Shown: positions 1 through 12,400, numbered from the stretch's first letter. The stretch is DNA of 64,000 bases from Scenedesmus sp. PABB004 (GCA_014905635.1 JABVCE010000007.1:620001-684000); one strand, 5' to 3'. Notes: generated from the letters alone by a model not told the origin. A program made the numbers and translations.

Positions 1-238
1 GTCGCGGGGCCGGGCAGTGGACGTCGGGAGCGGCGTGGGGCAGGACCGGGAGCTGCTGCGGCCGCCGTCACCGGGCGCGGTTTCGGCGCAACCGCTGCGG
101 CAGCAGTGCCGTTCGCAACTAGCGCCGCCCGCCCATCAAACTCGGACCAAGCGCCAGATCAACTCTCGTCTCAGCGCCGGCACACGCGCTCCGGCGCCCC
201 CGGCTGCGCGCCGCTGCTGCCGTGCGCCCGCTCACCAC

Positions 239-1521
239 ATGGCGCAGCACATCACCACCAACGATGGCGTGCGCCTGGCGTGGGAGGCGGCGGGCCCGGA
301 GGACGGTGCGCGGCGCCCCGCGCCGGCGGCCCACCGCCCCCGCCGTGCCGCTGCCGCGCCGCCGCGCCCAGCCCGCGGCCGCCACGCCCAGCCCGCGGCC
401 GCCGCGCGCAGGCCCGGCTGTGGTCCTGATCCACGGCTGGTCGGGCAGCCGCCGCTACTTTGACCGGAACGCCCCCGCGCTCGCGGCGGGCGGCTGCCGC
501 GTCGTTCGCTACGACCAGCGCTCGCACGGCGAGTCCGACGCGCCGCCGCACGGCCACCACGTGGCGCGGCTCGCCGCCGACCTGCGCGACGTGCTGGCCG
601 CGCTGGACGTGCGCGACGCGACGCTCGTGGGCACGAGCATGGGCTGCGCCGTGATCTGGAGCTACGTTGAGCTTTTCGGCCTCGAACGCGTGAGCCGTGT
701 CGTGTGGGTCGACCAGGCGCCGCTGCAGGTGCTGCGCGGGGCGCCGCGGGCGGCGCGGCGGCGGCGCGCGGGCGGCGGCGCGCGGGCCGCCGGGGGCGCC
801 GAGGCGCGCGCGCGTCGCGCCGCAGAACCGCGCGCCGGGGTGGGAGCTCGGCTCGCGCGGCATCTACGACGAGGCCAGCCTCGCGGCGCTGCGGGCGACG
901 CTGGACGGCGAGGGCGGCCTGGACGCGGTCGCAGACGGCAACACCGCCGTGTGCCTTTCGCTGCCGCTGCCGGCCGACGTTGCGGCGCTGCTGCGCGCCG
1001 AGACGATGCGGTGCGCTGGGGCGGAGCAGGCCGCGTCGGTGCGTTCGCGGCGCGCGACAGCGGCGGCGGCGCCCGACAGGCCCGCGCGCGCGCCGCAGGT
1101 GCGACCCGCGCGCACTGGGCGCGCTCATGGCCGACCACACGCAGCTCGACTGGCGCCCGTTGCTGCCGCTCGTCGCCTGCCCCGCGCTGAACGTCGTCGG
1201 CGGCACCAGCGGGTGCTTCCCCGTCGAGGTGCGGCGTCACCGCGGCGGCGGGCGCATGCCCATGTGACCGTCGCCCCGCGACTCGCGCGGCGGCGCCTCG
1301 CGCGGCTGGCTGCGCCGGCGCGAGGTCCCACGCGCGCGCTGCCGCCGCTCGCGCAGGGCTGCCTCACCAACGACGAGCTGGCGCCGCACTGCTGCAGCGT
1401 GCTGTTCAAGCGTGCCAACCACTGGCTCTACCTGGAGCAGCCGGAGGCGTTCAACGCGCTGCTGCTGGACTTCGTGGCGCGCGGCAACGAGGGGCGGCCG
1501 AAGCGCGACGAGGTCGCGTGA
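239..1521 (+). CDS. Alpha/beta-fold hydrolase (non-heme haloperoxidase/AB hydrolase-1-like), multi-exon
   Basis: Exons read MAQHITTNDGVRLAWEAAG / VVLIHGWSGS / YDQRSHGES / LVGTSMG (nucleophile elbow) / NHWLYLEQPEAFN...RDEVA*. Separated by GT-AG introns. Confidence 0.88.
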
Positions 1522-1559
1522 CCGGCTGAGCTGAGCGGTCGGGCTGTTTTGACTCGGCT

Positions 1560-1564
1560 TGTAA
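1560..1564 (+). promoter_or_regulatory. Putative chlorophyte polyadenylation signal TGTAA
   Basis: TGTAA about 40 nt after the hydrolase stop codon. UGUAA is the established poly(A) signal in Chlamydomonas-type algae. Confidence 0.55.
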
Positions 1565-2099
1565 CGGCCGCCAGGTGTTGAACACCAACGGCCCCCGACA
1601 GCTGGGTCGGCTCTCAGGGCAGGGAGCCTCGCTCGCTCGCTCAACGCCGCATGCGCGCGCGCGCACGCCGCGCGCAGGCCGCCGGGGGCAGTCAGCCGCG
1701 CCGCGCGGGGCGCCGCCCCGCGCTGCTGGCGCGGGCCCCCGGCGGCAGGCCAGCTGCGTGCGCGCGCCGTCGCCCCCGGGACGCGTCAGTGCTTGGACGC
1801 GGGGCCCACGCGCGGGGCGAGCGCGCGTGCATTGGGTCAGGTGCGCCGCTGCGCTCCTAGTCAGTCATAGCAGACCCACGCAATGGATAAAACGGGGAGG
1901 AACGCAGTGACGTGGTCACGCCGCGCGCGCCGGCAGGCCGGCGCAGCCGCGCGGGCGGGCTTGGCAGTGCCGGCCGGCCGCCCCGTCGCCGCCGCGGGGC
2001 GCGGCCAAAAAACGCGCGCGCGCGCGCGGGCTGGGTCCGCCCGCGTCGCGCCGCGCGTGCCCGGGCGGGGGCCGCTCCGGCCCCGGGCCTCGTCAGGCC

Positions 2100-3237
2100 T
2101 CAGGCCTTCTTGTCCAGGAAGACGGTGAGCGTGCGGCCCTCGAGCTCGGAGCCGTGGAACTGCTCGATCGCGGCGTTGGCCGCCTCCTTGGTCGTGAAGC
2201 GCACCGTGCCCCAGCCCTGCGGCGCGCGGCGGCGGGTCGGGCGGCGGTCGCGCGGCCGCCGGGCGCGCCCGCGCTGCCGCTGGCGCTGCAGTGCCCGCTG
2301 CCGCCTGCTGCTGGCGCTGGCGCGCTGGCTGGCGCTGGCGCTGTTGCTGGCGCTGCTGCGGCGGTGGCGCGCACGCTGCGGCGCCCCGCGCGCCGCACCT
2401 TGCTGCGGCCGTCGGGCGCGGTCATGACGTCGGCGCGCTCCACCTCGCCGCACTCGGCGAGCAGGTCCTTGAGCTCCTTCCAGGCGTACTTCCAGGGGAT
2501 GCCCTGGACGCAGACCTGTCGCGGCCGCGCGGGCGGCGGCCCAAGGCGGTCGGCGCAGCAGCACCGGCAGCGGCGGCGCTGCGCGCCGCCCGCGCGCCGC
2601 GGCGCCGGGGCTGCCGATCCCGGGGGCCGCGCGCGGGCCCGGGCGTGCCGGTTCCGGCTCCTCCCGAGCGCTTCCGCCGCACCTGGAAGCCGGAGGGCTC
2701 GCCCTCGATGGGCGGCCTCGGCGCGCGCCCGCGGCCGCGCCCGCGCTCGCCGCCGACGCGGCCGCCGCGCGGCCCCCGACCGCGACCGGCGCCGCCCTCC
2801 TCGCCCTCGACGAACTGCTTGACGTCCCGGTCCTCGCGGTCCTCCCGCACCGCGATCCGGCGGCCGCCGAGGTCGGCCCCGTTCAGCGTGTTCACCGCCG
2901 CGATGGCCTCGTCCGGGGTCTCGAACTCCACGATGCCCCAGCCCTTGGAGCGGCCTGCGGGACCGAACGGGGGCGCCCTCGCGCCGGGCGGGCGCGCGGC
3001 GCGCGCATCTGTTGCCCGTCGTGCCCCTGCCGAGCCCCCGGCGCGCGCGCGCGCTCGCGCACCGTCATCGCCGCGCGTGACGTTGGCGTACACCACGGTT
3101 CCGCACTCCCTGAACTTGTCCTTGAGGTCCTGCCAGCTGGTGCGCCAGGCCAGGTTGGAGACGTAGCAGCGCTTGCCGATCCGCATCATCCCATCGTCGA
3201 CCGGCCCCGCGCCCGCGCCGCCGTTCTCCTCCGCCAT
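2100..3237 (-). CDS. GBP1: Two-RRM nucleic-acid binding protein, Gbp1p/G-strand telomere-binding protein-like
   Basis: RRM1 CYVSNLAWRTSWQDLKDKF...GRSKGWGIVEF...REDREDRD, an RGG-rich linker, and RRM2 ...GRSKGWGTVRF...FLDKKA*. Confidence 0.8.
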
Positions 3238-3630
3238 GGCTCCGGCACACCGGGCCTCCTGCTGCCGCCCGCCTTCTGCACGCCCGATCGCGCCGCCCGA
3301 GCTCCGTCTGGTGCTGCTCCGACTGCCGGCGCCGCGGGGCGGGCGGCGGGGACGGGGGCGCAGCAGCAGGGGGCGCAGCAGCAGCAGCTGGGGCCCTGCC
3401 ATCAGAACCGCGCGCGGCTGACGCTCGAGTCGGCTTGGCCAATCGGCTGTTGCTTGCTTACCGTGAGAGGTTGGGACCTGCCTGACTAATCAACGCGCAA
3501 TCCACCGCGCCCGCAGCCGCGCCCAACTCGCCGCCGCCCGCGCCGCACCGCCCGCGCGCGGGCCGTGCGTTCGCCTGTCTGCCCGCCGACCTTCTCGCCC
3601 CTGCTCCCCCTCCCATCATCCCCCAGCCCT

Positions 3631-5945
3631 TCAGCGCGCCAGGCCGGTGAAGTGGCGCTCAAACGCGGCCTCGGCCAGCGCGCGCTGCTTGGCGTGCTCG
3701 GACGCGACCTGCAGGCGGGGCGCGGACGCGCGCGCGGGTCGTGGTGCGGCGTGGTGCGGCGTGCGGCGTGCGGCGGCGGCGGCGAGCGCGCGGCCAGCGC
3801 CGGCCCGGCGCGCGGCGCTGCGGCGCACCGGGCTGCGCGGCGCCGCCGCCTCGCGCGCGCCCGCCGGGCTGCGCGGCGCCGCGTCGGCCTGGCCCGCCAC
3901 GTCGCCGAGCTGGCGCACGGGCGCGGGCGGCAGCTGCTGCTTGGCGCCGTGCGCGCGGCCGCCGCCGTGCGGCGCGTGCGACGCGACGTGCGGGCCAGGC
4001 ACGTAGCCGAGCTCCCAGCCGCCGGGCGCGAGCTCGGCGACGAGCAGCTGCGGGCCCGCGAGGGGCGGCGCGCTGCCGCCGGCGCTGCTGCCGCGCGTGC
4101 TGCTCGCGAGCGAGCTGCCGCGCCGGCCGCCGCGCTCGCGCTCCGCGGCGGCCGCGCCGCGCTCGTCGCCCTCGGCGATGCCGGTCAGCGACAGCGGGTT
4201 GAGCCGCCCCGCGCCGCGCCCGGGCGGCGCGGGCGGGAAGCTCACGGGCGGCACGTTCTGCCGGATGCCCACAAACACGCCTGCGGCGCGGCGTGGCACG
4301 GCGACGCGCGGCGCGGCGCGCGTGAGCGGCGCGGGCTGGCCGGCGCGGCGCGCCCGCGGGCCGGCGCGCGGCGGCCGCGCGCACCCGCGAGGTGCTCGCT
4401 GCGGTGGCGCGGCGCGTGGAGGTGCAGCACGAGCACGCGCCGCCCCGTGCGCAGCGCGGTCGCCTGCTTGATGCTGCAGCGCTGGCACTGCGGGTAGAAG
4501 CGCTGCAGCGGGCGGCCGCGGCCCGCGAGGCCGATGAGCTCGCGCACCTGCGGGCGCGGCGGGCGGCGGCGGCGTCAGGCGCAGTGCGCGGCCCGCACAA
4601 ACAACAAAACAAGGTGCCGCCCGGCCCTGCCCCGGCACCGGCGCCGCGCCTTGCCGACGCCCGGGAGGTCGCCGAGCAGGCCGCCGAGCTTGTCGGCCTT
4701 GTTGCGCCCGCCGACGAGCTTGTTGGGCGGCATGTGGTCGCCGATGACGGGGCCGCGCCGCGAGCCTGCGCCGCGAGGCGCGGGGGCGGCGGCGGCGCTG
4801 GGCGGGGCACGCTCCTGGCGGCGGCGGCGCCCGCAGCTGCGACGCCGCCGTGCGCACACACGCGCACACACGCACGCGCACGCACCGCAGTGGTGGCAGC
4901 CGTCGCGGCGGAAGATGCGCGCGAGCTCGCGCTTGACGCTGGGCTTGGCGTACGCCTCGCTCGCCTCGGGGCGCGCGGGGATGGACTCAAACGCGAGCGC
5001 GCCGGGGCGGGCCAGGTCGCTCGGCATGAGGCTGCTGAAGCGCCCGCCCATGGCCTGCACGGGTTCAGGCGCGCCGCGCGGCGGCCGGCGTCGCGCCGCG
5101 CGCCGGCGCTGCCGCGGCGGCGGCACTGGCCCCCCGCGGCGGCGGCGCTGGCCCCCCGCGGCGGCGCGCTGGCCCCCCGCACGGCTGCGGGCTGGCCCCG
5201 CGCGCGCGCGCGCGCCTTGAACATGGTCGCGCCGAGCAGCGCGTCGAGCACGACGTCGTCCATGTCGAGCGGCTCCCAGAACCCCGGCGCAGCGGGTGGC
5301 CGCCGCCGCTCACGAGCTTGTGCGTGTGCTTGGACGCCTGGCCCGCGAGCGCCGACGCGACGCCGACGCCGATGACGCCCATGCAGGGGCCCAGCACGGG
5401 CGTGGCGCAGGAGATCTTGAGCACAAAGCCCACGAGCTGCGCAGGCGGCGGGCAGGCCCGGCGGCGCGGCGCGGCGCGGCGCGGCTGAGGGGGTGAGCGC
5501 CGCCGGCGCGCGCGTGCCGCGCCGCGCCCGTCCCCGCCGGACTGCTGGCAGGGGGCCGTGGGGCGCTCGCGCGCGGCCGCGCGCGCCGCCGCCCGCCCGC
5601 GCCTGCGTCGCGGTCACGCCGACGGTGTACGCCGCGGCGCTCGCGACGACCTGGGCGCCGAAGGGCAGAATCTTGCCCCAGGCCTTGATGACCTTGCGCT
5701 TGGCCTCCTCCGCCACCTGCTCCTGCGCCCGCCGCCTGCGCGCGGCGACGCGGCGAGCAGCGGCGGCGGGCGGGCGCGGCGCGGCTCGCCGCAGGCGCTG
5801 CGGGCGCGGCGGTGCTGCGGAAACGCCCGTCCGCGCGCGACGGTGGCGCGCCGGGCGACCGCCGGGCGGCCAGGGCGCGGGGCCGTGCTCGTGGCGCGGG
5901 CGCCCACCTCTCGGCGGCCCGGCCGCCCTCCTGGCCCCGCCCCAT
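3631..5945 (-). CDS. Hypothetical protein with N-terminal hydrophobic segments and an HNH/His-Me-finger-like domain, multi-exon
   Basis: Exons give FSSLMPSDLARPGA...RDGCHHCG / GPVIGDHMPPNKL / QRFYPQCQRCSIKQ (CxxC...DHxxP...CxxC). Start inferred at MGRGQEGG (5945). Ends FERHFTGLAR*. Confidence 0.6.
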
Positions 5946-6193
5946 GGCGCACGACAGCGAGCGCGTGCGACCGCGAGCGGCGCAGCCGGTGCTGCGCGGC
6001 GCAGAGGCCGGGCGGGCGGGCTGGCGCGAGCTCGCCAACAGCAGCAGGGCGCGCGAGCAGCGCCGAGGCCCGAGCGTGCGCGGGTGAAGCGGGTGCGCGC
6101 GGCGGCGCTGTGCGTCGCAGGGGCAGTGCGCGGCGCGGGCGGCGGCGGCCGGGCGGGCGGGCCCGCCGTCGGTTACGCTCTTGCGCCCTGGGC

Positions 6194-6344
6194 CCCGGCG
6201 GCGTCGCTCGGCAAGCACGTGTGCGAGCCTTGTCCCGCAGGCGCCCCGCTCACGGCGGCGTGGCGACCCGGCGGCGTCGCTCGGCAAGCACGTGTGTGAG
6301 CCTTGTCCAGCAGGCACGCGCGCCGCTCACGGCGGCGTGGCGAC
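6194..6344. repeat. Imperfect ~73-bp tandem duplication covering the stop codon and 3' UTR of the HAD gene
   Basis: cccggcggcgtcgctcggcaagcacgtgtg...ccgctcacggcggcgtggcgac occurs at ~6194-6267 and ~6267-6344 with few differences. Confidence 0.9.
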
Positions 6345-8565
6345 GGCGCGCAGGCGCCCGAGCGGCAGCGGCGCGCAGCTGCGCACCGTCCAGCCGCCGC
6401 GCTCGAGCGCGGCGCGCGCGCCGTCGGCGTCGGCGCCGGGCGCCTCCACGCAGAGCCGCCCGCCCGGGCGCAGCACGGTGCGCAGCTCGTCCAACGCCTC
6501 GGCCGACAGCACCTCGCCGGCGGCCAGCCCGCCGTCCGCGCCGGCGCGCGTGTAGACCAGCACCGCGTCCACGCCCCCAGCGGGCGCGGCCGCGGCGGCC
6601 GCCGCGAGCGAGCCGGCGCGCAGCGGCTCGCCGCTGTACGTCACGCAGCGCAGGCCGCGCCGCGCGGCGCCGGACGCGTCGGCGTCGACCGCCAGCACGG
6701 CGAGGCCCTTGCTGGCGAGCATCTTTGACAGGGCGCCGTCACCGCAGCCGACGTGCAGCACCGCGTCGCCGCCGCCCTGGGGGCACGCCTGCGCGGGCGC
6801 GCGGGGCGGGGCGGCGTGTGCGCGGCGCCCGCGCGAGCCGCCGACCCGCGCGCGCGCGCCGCCCCGGCCCGCCCCGCCCGGCACCCGCGCCGCGACCGCC
6901 GCCGCGGCCGCCGCACCTGCAGGCCGCCCGCGGCGGCGCCCATGCGCGGGTACGACGTGCTCGCGAGCGTCACGTGCCCCGCGCCGACGAGGGCGTCCAG
7001 GAAGTCGAGCCCCGGCGGCGGCGCGCCCGGCGTGGTGGGGTCGAGCCACGGCGGCAGCCCCGCCGCGCCGCCGTCATCGTCGCTCTCGCTCTCGCTCTCG
7101 CTCTCGCTGCGCAGGCTCCAGCCGAGCAGGCCGAGGCTGGAGGGGTCGAGCGCGCCGTCGGCGGCGCCGCCGGTCGGCGCCGAGTCGATCAGGAAGCGGC
7201 GCAGCTCGTCGAGGCCGCCCACCGACAGCGTCGGCACCGCGCCCGGCGGCGGGGCCGCGGCCGCGCCGCCGACCTCATTGCCGCCGCCCTTGACGAGGCA
7301 CGTCGCGGCGCCGGCTGAGGCGCGCGCGGCGCGCGCGGGCTGGGCGGCTGCGGCGCACGCGCGCTGCGCGGGGGCCGCCCCGCGGCGCCGGCGGCGCGCT
7401 GCCGCTGCGCTCACCCGCGTTGCCGACCTCCACGTCTTCGAAGGAGTCCCCCACCATCAGCAGCTTGCCGGGGTGGAGCTGCCACGCCTGCGGGCGCGCG
7501 CGCGGCGCTCAGCGCCGCGCCGGGCCTCACAGCGTCGCCGACCGCCGCCCGCCCAGCTGGCCCTGGCCCCTTCGCCTGGCCGCGCCACCGCCGCGCCGCC
7601 GCTGCCCCAACCGCGCCGCGCCGCCGCGCCTGCGCGACGTCGAGCAGCAGGCGCTTGTCGGGCTTGACGTAGCGGAACTCGCGCGTGCGCACCTCGCTGA
7701 ACAGGGTGCGCCACTCCTCGCCGATGAGGGCGAAGAGCGCGGCCACGCTGGGGCGGGCGCGCACGCGCGGACGCGCGGACGCGCGGACGCGCAGGCAGAC
7801 GCGCACGCGCGGCGGTGGCGGCGGCGGCGGCGGCGGCGGCGGAGCTCGGGCGCAGGCCAGGGAAGCGGCGGCAGGCGCGGCGGCGGCGGCGGCGGCGGGC
7901 GGCCACGGCGCAGCGGCGCGGGGCGCGCCGGCCGCGCGCCGCGCGCCGGCCGCACCTCGCCGTCGTGTTGCGCGTGACGAGCGCGACCTTGACCTGCGGC
8001 GGCGGCGGCGGGGCGGAGCTCGGCGGCTGCGCGCTGCACACGCTGCGCGCGCGCCGCGCGCCCCGCCGCGACCCCGGCCGGCGCGCACGTCGGCGTCGCG
8101 GAGCATCTCCAGCAAGTCGATCAGGCCGGGCTTGGCGCTCACGCGCGCCGCGGCCTCGGCCTCAATCTCCAGTATGATGTCCATGCTCGCCTTGATGCGC
8201 CCCGGCTCCTCCCACGACTCCATCGCCACAAACAGGTCCCCGACCGGGATGTCTGCACGCGCGCGCGGGTGCGCGGGTGCGCGGGCGCGCGGCGCGGGCG
8301 CGGGCGTAGGTGCGGGGCGCGCGGCGCGTTGTGCCCGTTTTGCGGCGCGCACGCGCGCACCCGTGCGGCGGCGCATGTCCGCGAAGTCGATGTGCGCCTC
8401 GGTCAGCGTGCCGTCCATGTCAAACACGACCCCGTCGTAGAGCAGGCGGCGGCGGCGCGTCGGCGTGGCGCCCGCGGTGCCGCTGTTCGCTGCGGCGCGG
8501 CGGCCCGCGCGGCGCGGCGCGGCGGCCCATTGGCGGCGCGCCGCCCGGCCCAGGGCGTCCTGCAT
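6327..8565 (-). CDS. HAD-superfamily hydrolase with C-terminal class I SAM-methyltransferase-like domain, multi-exon
   Basis: HAD motif I VVFDMDGTLT, LVTRN, KPD and MVGDSFEDVEVG. C-terminal VLHVGCGDGAL...LAVDAD resembles MTase motifs I/II. Start codon uncertain. Confidence 0.8.
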
Positions 8566-9122
8566 TGCACAGCGGCGTGCGGGCTGCTGAGCGAGAGCGG
8601 GGGCGCCGCGCCGCGGAGCTGCAGCGCTGCCGCCGGTGCCGCTGCGAGCGGCCTGTGTTCGGTGGCGCTCGTCGCCGTGCTTCTCGCCTGAGCAGCTCGC
8701 GGCGGACAGGGTGGGCCAGGCGGCTGTTCAGCTGAGCAGGCGGGGCTGCTCGGCGGTTCAGGGCGGCACGCCGCGACCGTCTGCACAATCCGGTGCGCGG
8801 CGCTTGGGCACCAGATCGTGCACGGTCGGAGGCACGCAGCGGTCACCCGCGCCCGGCGAGAGCCGCCCGCGATGCAGCGCTCGTCGATCGCGCGCCAGTA
8901 CGCGCGCTGCGGGCAGCCCAAGCCGGCGCGCGCCGCGATGGATGGCAGCCTGTGAGGCGGGTGTTGTGTGGTGCGTGCGTCGCGGCCGGTCGGATCGCGC
9001 ACTCCGCCGCCGGGCGCGTTCCGGAAGATTCATGCCGCCGCCCCGCCCCGCCCCGCCCCGCGCCGCGCCGCGCCGCCCCTCCGTCAGGCTCCACGGCCTC
9101 GGTTGAGGGCGCGCTGGGCGCC

Positions 9123-9389
9123 ATGGAGCCGGAGCCGCCGCCGCCGCCGCCGCCGATCGGCGGCGGGCAGCAGGAGGCGCAGCAGCGCGCCGGCGCGCCG
9201 GCTCAGGCCGATCCCGCGCACCCCGTGGCGCCCGCCGGCCTTTTCGCGCTGCCGGTGCTGAACTGGGGCGCGCCGCAGCCCGCGCCGCAGCCGGCGGCGC
9301 CAGCGCAGCCGCGCCCGCCGCCGGCTGGCGCCGGCTGGCGCCGCGCGTATCGCGGGCCGGCAGAGGACGACTGGCTGCAGCCGCCGGAG

Positions 9390-9439
<50 letters not shown>

Positions 9440-12400
9440 GCAGCGCGCGGGCGCGGCGCCGCGGCACCCGCCCGCCGGCGGCGGCTTCGCGTACCAGGAG
9501 GTGGTGCGCGGGCAGGCGCGCCAGGACCTGCCGGGGCACGACTGTGCCCAGTGCCGTGACTTCTACGACGCCCTCTCCACCTGGGGCGCGCCGGCGCCGG
9601 GCACCACGATGCTGCTCCCGTGCGCCCACGCGCTGGCCCCGGCCGCGCTGCAGGCCGCGTCGCGGCACCGCGCCAAGCACGCGCCTCCCGAGACCCCGCC
9701 GGGGTTTTGGGACATCGGGTTCGCGCTCGGCGGTGGCGGCAGGGGCAGCCCCGGGCCCAGCAGCAGCAGCAGCGGCAGCGGGAGCGTCAGCGGGAGCGGC
9801 CGGCGCGGCGGCAGCCCGGCGCCGCGGCCGGACGACGCGCCGGTGCCGGCGCCGGCGCCGCCGCCGCCCGTGGCGCCGCAGCAGCGGCAGCCGCAGCCGG
9901 CCGCGCCGCGCGGCGCGCCGGCGCCGGCGCCGCCGCCGCCGCCGCCGCCGCCGGAGGAGCTCATGGCGCCCGCTGGCACGTGCAGCGGCGCCCAGCTCCG
10001 CGCGCTGCAGTATGAGCTGTGGCGCTGCGGGTTAGAGCTCGTGCACGGCCGCGCCGACGGCCTGTGCGCCTACTACCTCATCGCGGCGGCCATGCTGGGG
10101 CTGCTGCACACGGCGCTCCCGCGGCAGCCGCACGAGGACGTGCGCACCTTTGACGCAGCCACGATGCCCGTGCTGGAGGAGCAGGCGCTCCAGCTGCGGG
10201 CGCTGACGGCGCGGCGCGTGCTGGAGCTGGGGCTGAACGACGCGATGCACGACAGCGGCGTGCCGTGGCGCGAGGTGTTTGTCGACGCGGGTGGCGAGGC
10301 CGCCGTGCGTGCGCTCGCGCAGAGGGTGGCCGGGGGGGGGGGGGGGGGGCTACCCCGGCGAGGCGGAGCTGCGGGCCCTGTGCATGCTCCCCCGCCTGGG
10401 GGTCTCCCTGGGCCCGACGTTCAGCCCCGACACGCTGCTCATCGCCCTCCGGACGCTGGGCGACACGCTGCAGGCGAGCGAGGGCAACCTGCTCGTGCTG
10501 TTTGCGCTGCCGGCCGCCGCGGCGCCGGCGTTTGCGCCCCTGTTCGGGGCGCAAAACCCGCTGCCGCTCAACCACTGGGCGGCGGTGGTGCGGGCGCGCA
10601 GGCCGCCGCCGCGCAGCCCGCCGGCGCTGCTGGGGCAGCCGCGCGAGCCGCCGCGCGGCGCGCCGGCGGTGCTGCAGCAGGCGCGCGAGCCGCCGCGCGG
10701 CGCGCCTGCGCAGCAGCGGCTGCAGGAGGCGGCGCCGCGCGCCGCGGAGCTCGCCGCGGACAGCAGCGACGAGGAGGGCGGCCCGGCGGCGGGCCAGCCG
10801 CTGCAGCCGCTGCAGCCGCTGCAGCCGCAGCAGCTCGGGCGCAAGGAGCGCCGCGGCAAGGGCAACGGCGCCGCGGCGCCGCTGGGCACCAGCAACAGCG
10901 ACAGCAGCAGCAGCAGCCGCCGCCGCCGCCGCGCCGCGACCGCCGCCGCCATTGACGCGGCGTGGGAGAAGCCGGTGGAGCGCGGCGCGGAGCTCGACGC
11001 GTCCAAGGCGCGCGCCGAGGCGGCCGGGCCGTCCGACGAGGACGTGCGGCGCTCCAAGCAGCGCGCGAGCTACGACGCCAAGCACGCGCGCCGCGGCGGC
11101 GGCGGCACGAGCCGCGCGCGCAGCGACAGCGCCGGCGGCAGCGCCGGCAGCAGCACCGGCGGCGGCACGAGCGGCGCGCGCAGCGGCGGGGGCACCCCGG
11201 GCCCCCGCCCGCGCGCGCATCGACCCCGCCGAGTGCGCGGCGCAGCCCGTGGAAGGCGCCGGCTGGGAGGCGCTGCGCCGCCACGCGCAGGCCCGCGGCG
11301 AGGCCGCCCGCGCGGCGGCGATGGCGGCGGTGCTCTCGGCGCCCGCCGCCAGCGTCGGCTCGTCCGCCGGCAGCGCCGCGGCCAGCAGCGACGAGGAGGA
11401 GGGCGGCCCGGCGGCGAAGCGCGCGCGCGGCGCCGACGCGGCGCAGCGCCGCAGCCGCAGCCGCGGCCGCGGCCGCGGCCGCGGCCGCGGCCGTGCGCGC
11501 TCGCGCGGCAGCGCCAAGGCCGCGACGCGCGGCGGCCGCACGCCCTCGCGCGGCGGCGGCGCGCGCGCTCGCGCGGCGGCGCGGCGGCGGCGCCGCGCGG
11601 CCGCCGCAAGCGCTCGCGCGGCGCCGACGAGGCGTCGGGGCGTGCCTCGCCCGCGCGCGGTGCAGCGGCGGCCGAGGCGGGCGACAAGGCAGGGCGGCAG
11701 CAGCAGCAGGCGCTGCCGCGGCACTTCGCCAAGCGCAGGAAACAACAGACCGAGCAGGCCAAAAAGGCAGCGGCTGGCTCTGGCATGCGTGAGTGTGCCC
11801 GCCGCGCGGCGCGCCGCCGGGGCGCCGGGCCGCTGTCTCGGCACCCTGCGCCGCCGCCGCCCCGCGCCCTGCCCGCGCCCCCCTCACCTGCCCTCGCCCG
11901 CCCGCCCGCCCGCCCGCCTCAGGCGTGCGCGTCTGCGCGCTGCGCGGCGCCGTGCGCAAGCCAGAGGTGGTGCCTTTCCTTGAGGCGCTCGTGCGCGCCT
12001 ACAGCCTGGTGGGCATCCTGGGCCGCGACGCGCACCACGTGGCGCTCGTGTATGGGGCCAGGTGCGCGCGCGCGCGGGTGGGCGTGCCCGCGCGCTGCGC
12101 GCGGCGCTTTGCGCCCCCCTCCTCCTCGGCGCCGCCCGCCGAGTCGCGCCGCCCGTCCGCCCGCCCGCCCGCCCGCTGCGCAGCCGGCTGTACGGGCTCG
12201 ACACGCGTCAGCCGCCGCCGCAGCCGGCGGCGCAGGAGCAGGAGCAGGGCCAGCAGCAGCCGCAGCAGGCCCAGCAGCCGGCGCCGCCGCCGCCCGCGTG
12301 CGCCTGCTACCTGCAGGCCGCGTGCGGCGGCGCGCACCTCGTGTACGACCTGATCGACTTTTTCAGCCAGGGCAACTGGCGGCGCGTCGGCGGCGGCCTG

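Noticed and set aside
6194..6344. CRISPR-like array
   Set aside because: Only two adjacent copies with no spacers; a simple tandem duplication. No array was found anywhere in the window.
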